Shown piece after piece: positions 17,433 to 24,708 of a stretch of DNA of 64,000 bases (the first letter of the stretch is position 1; every line of letters begins with the position of its first letter). The position numbers and the translations under genes were made by a program. The DNA lies in NCBI GenBank assembly GCA_963823745.1, contig CAWGMN010000013.1, positions 38,246 through 102,245 of the forward strand, written 5' to 3'. The DNA comes from Terriglobia bacterium (GTDB lineage Bacteria > Acidobacteriota > Terriglobia > Terriglobales > Acidobacteriaceae). A model generated the notes under the pieces. The model did no database searches, was not told where the DNA came from, and saw only the letters and a program-made list of their open reading frames with translations.

Positions 17433-18032
17433 TCAAGCTCTTTGGGATTCCGCAAAATCTATCGAAATGATTTGAGCCTCTGGAAATAGCTTTTTCATTT
17501 CCCGCTTTGTCAACATTCGCAGATTTTTAAAATCTTCCATTTCCGACTCATTTGGCGAAGAAAGCAGGAACCTGGGAGTTAAATACATCATTCGCAAAAA
17601 ATATTTTTTTGGAAGCCAATGGATGAACGGCATTAGAGTGTGGGGGTCGACTGGGAACCATCTATTCGGAGTTTGAACATAGTATCCGTACCCACACCGA
17701 ATGCACTCCGCTGCAAACTGTTTCTGTCGATCAAAATTTCCAACATGTTCGATCACCGAGTTACTGAACACAACATCAAAGCTCTTGTCTGGTAGGCCGG
17801 TGTTACAACCATCCGCAACGAGATGCTCGGCCCAGTCCACCCGCGTATCGGCTTCATCAAGATTGAGGATCGTGAGAATTGGTTTCCTCTCTAAAAGCGT
17901 CCAAATGAATGGTTGGCCGCCGAGGTCTAAAATCTTTGTCGCGGAATCAACATCGAACAAACGAACGAACGTATCCATCCGTTTTTTCCTGAAATATTTC
18001 AAAATAGGCTTATAAATTTTGTGGATATCCAA
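17433..18032 (-). CDS. Class I SAM-dependent methyltransferase (Methyltransf_11-like)
   Basis: 199 aa with motif I ILDLGGQP and post-I/II FDVVFSNSVIEHV. It is visibly more AT-rich than its neighbours. Confidence 0.7.
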   Translation of the reverse strand: MDIHKIYKPILKYFRKKRMDTFVRLFDVDSATKILDLGGQPFIWTLLERKPILTILNLDEADTRVDWAEHLVADGCNTGLPDKSFDVVFSNSVIEHVGNFDRQKQFAAECIRCGYGYYVQTPNRWFPVDPHTLMPFIHWLPKKYFLRMMYLTPRFLLSSPNESEMEDFKNLRMLTKREMKKLFPEAQIISIDFAESQRA

Positions 18033-18082
18033 CAGATTCGCCTCAAGGTTGCGAATTTACCACTTTTTTGGATCAGATCACA

Positions 18083-19709
18083 CTAGTTCATGCGTCCCGT
18101 CACCAACACCTGCAAGTTTGTTGGGGCAGTAGTGCATGTTCCGGCATTTATCTTGATATAAATCGTATCACCAGCGTTGTACGTTTGAAGTGTTGTTGTT
18201 GCCCACTCGTTGGTTCCGGAAGTCAGACTCACAGTAGGCCCCGTTATCGTGCTGGAACCGTTTGCGAGAGAAACCGTAGGACTTACACTGCAGGTTGCGT
18301 TGGTAGTAGGAGAAAATACGTGAATCTCCTCTATGACTGTTGATTGGCTACGAGTAAAAGCGGCTTGATTCGCAGTAAAGATGGTGCCGCTCTGATATGC
18401 TGCTCCCACCAAAAAATGCGGCCCCTTACTCTGAGCAGTATCGCCGTTAATTGCTAGACTCGTAGCAGTAGTGGGGCCAAGTGTGCTTGCATTGGCTGTG
18501 AGCGTCTGTCCAGTAGCATTGACTGGTCCGCTGAATTTAGCTCCTGCGCTGCCGCCCACATTCGTAACGTTGCTGCCGTCAATCTGCACTGCGCACACGT
18601 CGCCCGTTCCGGCGGCGTTTCGCGAGGCCACCGCGCAGACGTTGTTGCCCGTGCGTTCCACGCCGGATTGCGCGGGAGCGGCGCTGCGGTCCACGAATGC
18701 GCCACCCTGGTAACCTCCGAATCCGCTCAGCAGCAACAGATCGGCCAGATTGCCGGTAGCCGCAGAAGCGGCCCCGGCATCCGCCATACAATCATCGGCA
18801 GTGTTGGCTGCATTTCTCATGCAAGTCACAAAGTCCGTGGCAGATCCTCGCAGCAGACCTGTTCCTGAAGGATTCGCCGAGCTGGAAACATAGGCTCCCG
18901 CGGTCATGGGAAAACCGTTGAGCGTGAGCGGCCCGTTGATGGACTGCTGCGCATTCGCGATGGGAGTTCCTACTATCGCCTGCGGGTACACCACAATGCC
19001 GCTATACAGCGGAGTTCCCTGCCCGACGTTGACCGTTCCATTGGCCCCGCCGCTCAGATACCACTTCTGCGGGAAGCCGCCCACCTGCGCTCCCGCCGAG
19101 TTCACCAGGTTTACGTTGTAGCCCGTATACGAAGGCGTAAGCTGGTCATTGAAAAAGACAGAACACACCGAAGTGTTGGAAGCCGGCAGGGCCACACCCG
19201 CGACCAGCGCCGAAGCCTGCGAATAATTGGAGGCAAAACCGGTGACCGAGCCCTGTCTGGTTTCCGCGCCGCCCGCCGGCGAGATATACACGTTGTATCC
19301 GGTGGCCCCGCTCCTGGCCGGTGGAGCGGCAATGATCAGCGTTCCCGTTCCGCCAATCGTAAAAGAGTTCTCCGGACTGGCCGCCGATTCGCCTGTGGCG
19401 TTGAAGTAGGTCACACGATAAAAGTATGTCCCCGCAGCCAGAGTGCCGCTGCCCAGATTCTGTGAAGGCGCAGGCGTCACCAGCAGGTTGGGGACTCCGA
19501 CAACATTCCCGCTCGCGTCGGTGTAACAACTAGCCGGATTCGTGGCGAGCGTCGCCGTTCCCGCCAGCACCGCTGATTGCGTCAACGAAAAAGTGAGAGT
19601 TCCATTGGCGATCCCCTGCCCCGAACTGGGCAGCGAGATCGTGCCGGATACAGTGCCGGCCGGTGCTATGGCAGGCAGCAGCAATAGTGCGAATAGAAGA
19701 GTTTTTCAT
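18083..19709 (-). CDS. Secreted Gly/Thr/Ser/Ala-rich beta protein (tail-fibre-like composition, function unknown)
   Basis: 533 aa ORF 18083..19684. ATG 19709-19707 followed by an A5 run (plus-strand T run 19702-19706) is out of frame by one base. With A4 the product would begin MKTLLFALLLLPAIAPAGTVSG, a clean signal peptide. Confidence 0.55.
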
Positions 19710-19721
19710 AAGAGAGCAATT

Positions 19722-20625
19722 GGCAATTCAGCAATTAGCATTCAGCCCGCTTGCAGCTCTGGCTGAAGGCTTCGGCTGATCGTGGGCATGGTTGAAGTTT
19801 TGGAAAAGCAAAACGGGACTTCACGACAAATGTTTCGTGGCCCTAAACAGCATTGGGGTTATAGCGATCCCTCGCTATGCTCGGGATTTAAATCTGAATT
19901 CGGAATTCAGCATTCAGCCCGCTTGCATTTTGGCTAAAGGCTTCGGCTGTCGTGGGCATGGTTGAGGGTTTGGAAAAGGCGATGCTTCGTTGCCCCAAAG
20001 AGCATTGGCGCTTATAGGGATCCCTCGCTGCGCTCGGGATAAATCTGAAAGCACCCTCGCTGTGCTCGGGATAAATCTGAAAGCACCCTCGCTGCACTCG
20101 GGATTAAAAAAGCTTGAAGATTCGAAGCACCCCGAGACGGGGTGCCATATGTTAGCCCAGCGGCGTAAGCCCTGGGTTAGAAACGGAAACAATCTGAGCC
20201 CCGCACCGGGGCGGCACATAGTTAGAATTCAAAACAGAAACATCGCTTGTCGTGCGAATGCCTTGTTACAGCATCGTGCATGATACATTTCGTGGATCCT
20301 TCGACGGCGCCCTCACTCCTTCGTCGCTCGTGCTTGCTCAGGATGACAGAACTCAGCGATTGGCATCAGCAATTAGCATTCAGCCCGCATGCATCTCTGG
20401 CTAAAAGGCTTCGGCTATCGTGGGCTTGGTTGAGGGTTTGGAAAAGGCGAATGGTTACGTCGTCCCCAAAGAGCATTGGCGCTTATAGGGATCCCTCGCT
20501 GCGCTCGGGACTAAATGTGAAAGCACCCTCGCTGCGCTCGGGATAAATCTGAAAGCACCCTCGCTGCACTCGGGATTAAAATCTGCTGCGCTGGGGATTG
20601 AATCTGAAAGCGCTCGGGTTCAATT
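19722..20625. repeat. Three copies of a roughly 180-270 bp composite element with internal ~32-nt direct tandem units
   Basis: The copies begin near 19722, 19898 and 20350. They share ATTAGCATTCAGCCCGC.TGCA..TCTGGCT.AAGGCTTCGGCT.TCGTGGGC.TGGTTGA.G.TTTGGAAAAG. Tandem units CCCTCGCTGCGCTCGGGATAAATCTGAAAGCA occur at 20012-20097 and 20493-20610. Confidence 0.85.
20127..20220. repeat. Modular hairpin repeat, family C (inverted copy)
   Basis: GCACCCCG-AGA-CGGGGTGC, then CATATGTTAGCCCAGCGGCGTAAGCCCTGGG, then GCCCCGCACCGGGGCGGCA. It is the reverse complement of the pattern at 22255..22351. Confidence 0.8.
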
Positions 20626-20819
20626 CAGGAACGGTGACGCGATTGCAAACGCATGCGCACGCCGCGGCACAGGGAACGTGAGCATATTGTTCCGCCGCCG
20701 GAATCACGCAGCATGGGCTGGCGGCATAGCCGGCATTCGGTATAGTTCACTGCGTTGCGCTGCGCCGACGAGTGCAGCGCCGGGTGATAGATCTCATCGA
20801 ATTCACGTTCTCCGCGCAT
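20625..20819 (-). CDS. Small Cys-rich (zinc-ribbon-like) protein
   Basis: 64 aa with CRLC..(14 aa)..CSRSLC. An AGGAG SD lies 7 nt upstream, and the ATG is 1 nt after the stop of the upstream ORF. Confidence 0.45.
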   Translation of the reverse strand: MRGEREFDEIYHPALHSSAQRNAVNYTECRLCRQPMLRDSGGGTICSRSLCRGVRMRLQSRHRS

Positions 20820-20820
20820 A

Positions 20821-21279
20821 TCAGGCTCCTGCTCTTTCCAGACTGTGGTATTTCTTCAACGACTGCGCATGTTGCTGCCACGCTATCTTAGGGTTCCATG
20901 ACCGCACCATGGCCCGCGCCCAAAACTGTCCCTGGGCATTGGCATTCATCACCTTTTCCCCCATGAAGCATGATTCATCGCGCTGGCCCACCGCCGAATC
21001 CACGGCCTGCTGCTGGCTGCGCAGACGCTCCAGTTCTTCTTCGGCGTGAGGCAGCAGGCGCAACGCCCTGCCATGGTCAACGAAGTAGCCTTTGCCCTGG
21101 TCGCGCCAGTTGCGGGCGCGGTCCCGGTCAATCACAAACATGGGTTTTTCGGTTTGCAGGTCCTGTGCTGAGTAAAAAACGGGAATGGCCGGATTCTCCA
21201 AGACGGTATTCTCCCTCCACACCAGGCGAGCCGTGCCCCGACTCACTGTGGGGATGCGGTCCTGAAGAAGCAACCGCAT
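20821..21279 (-). CDS. Hypothetical protein
   Basis: 152 aa ORF, apparently translationally coupled to 20625..20819. No family recognised and no clear SD. Confidence 0.4.
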   Translation of the reverse strand: MRLLLQDRIPTVSRGTARLVWRENTVLENPAIPVFYSAQDLQTEKPMFVIDRDRARNWRDQGKGYFVDHGRALRLLPHAEEELERLRSQQQAVDSAVGQRDESCFMGEKVMNANAQGQFWARAMVRSWNPKIAWQQHAQSLKKYHSLERAGA

Positions 21280-21339
21280 AGATGTATGTACAGCAAACTT
21301 ACAAACCGGACTGTACGCGAGAAAAAATCACTTGTCATG

Positions 21340-21427
21340 AAAGTGGTGTCACTACGCCGCCACTGTGGTGTCACTACGCCACCACTACGCCGCCGTTGTG
21401 GTACCACTACGCCGTCATTACACCCTC
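21340..21427. repeat. 11-nt phased two-word array, 8 units (reverse orientation)
   Basis: ..GTGGTGTC ACTACGCCGCC ACTGTGGTGTC ACTACGCCACC ACTACGCCGCC GTTGTGGTACC ACTACGCCGTC ATTACACCCTC, in perfect 11-nt register. It overlaps the 3-prime end of the RHH gene. Confidence 0.9.
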
Positions 21428-21601
21428 TCGCCGGCGGCGATGATCGCGCAACACTCGATTGATGACCGCGGAAAGGCTGCTATTCTCCTGATCGGCGATG
21501 TCGCTGTAAAAGGAATAGAGTTCGAGGGAGAGATGCAAGGTAAAACGTTTCAGCTTTTTGCTGCTCAACTGCCGTGAATTGAATTTTCCATTTTCGGCCA
21601 T
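21407..21601 (-). CDS. Ribbon-helix-helix (CopG/Arc-like) DNA-binding protein
   Basis: 64 aa from ATG 21601, with a GGAGGG SD 5 nt upstream. The KRFTLHLSLELYSFYSDIADQENSSLSAVINRVLRDH region fits the strand-helix-helix pattern. Confidence 0.6.
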   Translation of the reverse strand: MAENGKFNSRQLSSKKLKRFTLHLSLELYSFYSDIADQENSSLSAVINRVLRDHRRRREGVMTA

Positions 21602-21645
21602 ATATGCCCTCCATTTTTCCGTCGAAAAGAAATCGTGGACCAGAG

Positions 21646-21843
21646 TTACCGGATACGTTGTCCGCCAGACTCCTCCATCACGCGGCGGTGCCACTGGTGA
21701 AAAACGCGGGAATGCGCTTCTCGCAGCCGGTCTTTGGCGATCATCAGCGCGCCCACTTGATTGCCGGCCCTGAATTCCAGTTCGACAATGCCGCTGGCGG
21801 TTTCAACTTCTACATGGACCCTTGCGCCCTGTTGTGGCTTCAT
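21646..21843 (-). CDS. Hypothetical small protein
   Basis: 65 aa with an AGGAG about 10 nt upstream. It lies immediately upstream of the RHH gene on the same strand. Confidence 0.4.
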   Translation of the reverse strand: MKPQQGARVHVEVETASGIVELEFRAGNQVGALMIAKDRLREAHSRVFHQWHRRVMEESGGQRIR

Positions 21844-21939
21844 GTTCGCAACACTCCTATTTCGCTTTTTATTCGCTAGAGCAGGATCAAAATAGCGCGA
21901 GCTATATCCAGAGTCAAGATACTAGATGTAGTGGTATAT

Positions 21940-22440
21940 CTTATTGATATAGAGCAAACGGGAATGGCCTCAGCCATTCCGGGCGCCCTTTCGGGTACGG
22001 GAGGTTCATAGAACATGCGGGCTTCAGAATCAGGTGAAGCCCGTTCGCTTCATTTACGCAGGGCCTCAAGTGTATGTGCTGAATTTGTATGCGCCAACGA
22101 GACATGTAACAGGGCATGACTTCAGTCATGTGACGACACAAGTATCAGGGCACGAGTTTACTCGTGCCGTAAAAGCGCATAAAGATTGGGCTTTAGCCTA
22201 ATGTCACTTACTTTGAACGTCTGTGTTTTGCAACGGGCATTGCTGTACAAACTTTATGCCGCCCCGGTGCGGGGCTCCTCTCTTTTTGCTGGCTTTTTCC
22301 CAGGGCTTACGCCGCTGGGCTAACATATGCCGCCCCGTCTCGGGGCGGTGCTCTGAAAGTAAGTGACATTGGGCGTTAGCCCCTGCACACCTTCGACCTC
22401 ACAGTACTGTCCCCGCGAAATCGAGTTCTCACACACGCTC
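21940..22440. repeat. Cluster of hairpin repeat modules (families C and D and others)
   Basis: GGAATGGC-CTCA-GCCATTCC; GGGCTTCA..TGAAGCCC; CAGGGCATGACTTCAGTCATG; GGCACGAG-TTTA-CTCGTGCC (about 22149-22168); family C at 22255-22351; TTGGGCGTTAGCCCCTGCACACCTTCGACCTCACAGTA at 22371-22425. Confidence 0.8.
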
Positions 22441-22503
22441 TTTAGCCCCTGCGCACTCTAACAAGTGCTTCAGGTCGCAGATGGCGGCGAGACGCATTGC
22501 CGC

Positions 22504-22558
22504 GGCGGCGTAGTGGCGGCGTAGTGACACCACAGTGGCGGCGTAGTGACACCACTTG
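22504..22558. repeat. 11-nt phased two-word array, 5 units (forward orientation)
   Basis: GGCGGCGTAGT GGCGGCGTAGT GACACCACAGT GGCGGCGTAGT GACACCACTTG. It is inverted relative to 21340..21427. Confidence 0.9.
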
Positions 22559-22598
22559 CTTGCTTCGATTGGCCTTGTGCTCTACAGTCAGCCTGACT

Positions 22599-22745
22599 AT
22601 GAAGATCACACACGACGCGCTGGATGAAATGCTGCTGGCCAACAAGGCAGACAGAAAACCGCGACGGTTGCCGTTCGCCGAAACCGACGAAGACTATGAG
22701 GCCCTCATGGGGCAGCTTTCCGCCATGCGGGAACGACATCGGTAA
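22599..22745 (+). CDS. Possible small protein (48 aa)
   Basis: MKITHDALDEMLLANKADRKPRRLPFAETDEDYEALMGQLSAMRERHR. It starts 40 nt after the 11-nt array. There is no SD, so support is weak. Confidence 0.3.
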   Translation: MKITHDALDEMLLANKADRKPRRLPFAETDEDYEALMGQLSAMRERHR

Positions 22746-22867
22746 TAGCGGCATGGAAGCGTAATCGCGTGCCGGAAGGTTTGTTTGAAGCAGTCAAAGA
22801 ATTAACCGCTTGCTGAGAGCGCAGAGATACGTTGCATGGTGAGTAATGAAGTTATGAGGCTCTGAGC

Positions 22868-22986
22868 GCACGGCCGGAAGCCGTGCCGTAATTTCAGCCG
22901 TCCCCTTCGGGGGACTCTGTTTGTTGCTTCCACTTCCCCGCCGTTGAAACGGCGGGCTAGCTTCATACGTCCCGGCAAGGCGGGAC
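22868..22986. repeat. Modular hairpin repeat, family B, copy 1
   Basis: GCACGGC-CGGAA-GCCGTGC; GTCCCC-TTCG-GGGGAC; CCCGCCG-TTGAAA-CGGCGGG; GTCCCG-GCAAGG-CGGGAC. An inverted copy lies at 27128..27213. Confidence 0.85.
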
Positions 22987-23120
22987 TGGAGCAATTTTGG
23001 TGTCATCGGCGAAACGTTGCCGAGAACCTCTTTCCTTGGCGTGGATGAATCCCAAGCGGAATTTCAATCAAAAACCACCAGATGCATGGCGTCACAATGA
23101 TGCTATATCAACGTGGAAAC

Positions 23121-23310
23121 TATGCCGCCCCGTTGCGGGGCTCACTTCTTTTACTTCCGCCTTCTTTTACTTCGGAAACCCAGGGCTTACGCCGCTGGGC
23201 TAACATATAGCGCCCCGTCTCGGGGCGCTTGCTCTTCAATACCCCACTTACAAAATTACCCACTTACCCATTTCATTCATCTCTGCGCTCCCTGCGAGCT
23301 CTGCGGTAAG
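23121..23310. repeat. Family C hairpin repeat plus extension. The segment 23178-23309 is a direct repeat of 24466-24596.
   Basis: The shared string is ACCCAGGGCTTACGCC.CTGGGCTAACATATAGCGCCCCG.CTCGGGGC..TTG.TCTTCAATACCCCACTTACA.AATTACCCACTTACCCATT...CTGCGC.C.CTGCGA.CTCTGCGGTAA. Confidence 0.85.
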
Positions 23311-23323
23311 TCTTGGTGGCAGT

Positions 23324-24319
23324 TCACCATTTCACCAGTTCCACACGGCGGTTTTTAGCTTTTCCGTCTGGGTTGTCATTCGACGCTACCGGCGCATACC
23401 AGCCGCATCCGAAGGCATCGAGGCGCGATGCCGCTACGCCGTAATGCGACGTTAACTCGCGGGCCACGCTCATGGCGCGCCGGCGGCTCAGGTCCAGATT
23501 ATGATCGGCTGCGCCTTGATTGTCGGTATGCCCTACCACGTGAATTTTAAGCTGCGGATTGGTCTTTAGAAGTTTGGCAATCTCCTGGAGGGTCGGCTGC
23601 GAGTCGGGACGCAGAACGTCTTTATCGGTATCAAAATTGATGCCGTAAAGCGCAACCTTGCCGGTGCTGGCGATAGAGCGCGACATCTCGTCGGCATTCA
23701 CAAAAACCATTTTCTGCTGCATCTGCTCGGGCTGGATCACGATGATCTCAGCCAGCGCGCGGTCTTTTTTTACGATGCCGTCAAGACGGTGGGGAATCAC
23801 GCCGTCGAGATAGGCGGTGACGAAAACATAATAGTAAGTTGGCTGGGCATCATTGGTTTTCCCCACGATGACTCTTTCCTGGGCCTCGTTGTAGCCAAGA
23901 ATCTGGCTGAGATGGTCTTCCTCGGCCGCCTGGTCGAACGTGGGTCCAAACCAGCCCTTTTCACCTGCTCCCTTTTCATACAGAGTCACGAGTCCCAGCC
24001 GCTGGAATTCGCTCTTGTAATTCCGGAACAGCTCAGCCGGAGACCGTCCAATGGGGGCAGCGTATGTATACCGGCTTACCAGGCCCTCCGTCTTGAGGCT
24101 CTTTTCATACACCGGAGGTGACATGCTGGTTGGTTTTCCCAGAGGCAACAGGAACTCGTCAAATTTCGGCGCTCGGTAGCCGATGATTTCACTGCCTTCG
24201 TAGCGCTTCATGCCCGGCGGATCTTTGGCGCCCGGCAGGTCGGCGGCCAGCACCGCAGTTGACAGCATGGACAGCAACAACAAAGGCAGGCAGCGAAGAA
24301 CCATTCGCAAAGTTCTCAT
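23324..24319 (-). CDS. OmpA-family protein with an OmpA/MotB C-terminal peptidoglycan-binding domain
   Basis: The C-terminus is HVVGHTDNQGAADHNLDLSRRRAMSVARELT..NRRVELVKW. The start is placed at MRTLRMVLRCLPLLLLSMLSTAVLA (signal peptide). Confidence 0.85.
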   Translation of the reverse strand: MRTLRMVLRCLPLLLLSMLSTAVLAADLPGAKDPPGMKRYEGSEIIGYRAPKFDEFLLPLGKPTSMSPPVYEKSLKTEGLVSRYTYAAPIGRSPAELFRNYKSEFQRLGLVTLYEKGAGEKGWFGPTFDQAAEEDHLSQILGYNEAQERVIVGKTNDAQPTYYYVFVTAYLDGVIPHRLDGIVKKDRALAEIIVIQPEQMQQKMVFVNADEMSRSIASTGKVALYGINFDTDKDVLRPDSQPTLQEIAKLLKTNPQLKIHVVGHTDNQGAADHNLDLSRRRAMSVARELTSHYGVAASRLDAFGCGWYAPVASNDNPDGKAKNRRVELVKW

Positions 24320-24465
24320 AAAAATTCCTCTTCCGGTTGGGAATCGAATTGGAGCCACATGCAGCCGCGGGCAGCTTTCCGGCAGCGCCTTATGATACAC
24401 AAACAGCGCTGCGAGGCCCTAAGCATCGCGGCACGATAGAGATGCGAGGCCCGCAAACCTCCGCA

Positions 24466-24596
24466 ACCCAGGGCTTACGCCACTGGGCTAACATATAGCG
24501 CCCCGGCTCGGGGCTCTTGATCTTCAATACCCCACTTACAGAATTACCCACTTACCCATTGAACCGTTTCTGCGCACTCTGCGAACTCTGCGGTAA
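24466..24596. repeat. Direct repeat partner of 23178-23309
   Basis: See 23121..23310. About 88% identity by eye over roughly 130 nt. Confidence 0.85.
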
Positions 24597-24708
24597 ATTC
24601 TTTGACTCTCTCGCGAATACGGGATTAAGCAAAGTACTAGGTACAGATTCCCTTGTTTTACATCGTTTTTACGAGCATGGGGTTTTGCCAGAGACTAACC
24701 TTGTTACT

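Larger units (their letters stand above)
1..19709 (-). mobile_element. Phage-derived structural/lysis gene cluster, incomplete at the left window edge. No integrase or att site seen. Contains non-phage cargo.
   Basis: Co-oriented minus-strand genes for the large terminase, a portal-like protein, scaffold-like and capsid-like proteins, a GH19 lysin-domain protein and small membrane proteins. The right boundary is only approximate. Confidence 0.6.

Noticed and set aside
20012-20610. ~32-nt direct repeats (CCCTCGCTGCGCTCGGGATAAATCTGAAAGCA) that might suggest a CRISPR array
   Set aside because: The units are head-to-tail with no spacers, there are only 2-4 per block, and there are no cas genes in the window.
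1-21843. Calling an intact, inducible prophage with defined att sites
   Set aside because: No integrase, repressor, small terminase or tail module is recognisable. The left end lies outside the window, and no flanking direct repeat pair or tRNA is found.
22794-23358. Small ORFs 22794-23006, 22997-23203 and 23113-23358, and likewise 19888-20546, 27228-27925 and 39118-39327
   Set aside because: They are translations of hairpin, word and 11-nt repeats in arbitrary frames. There are no start-site signals, and the peptide text recurs wherever the repeat recurs.
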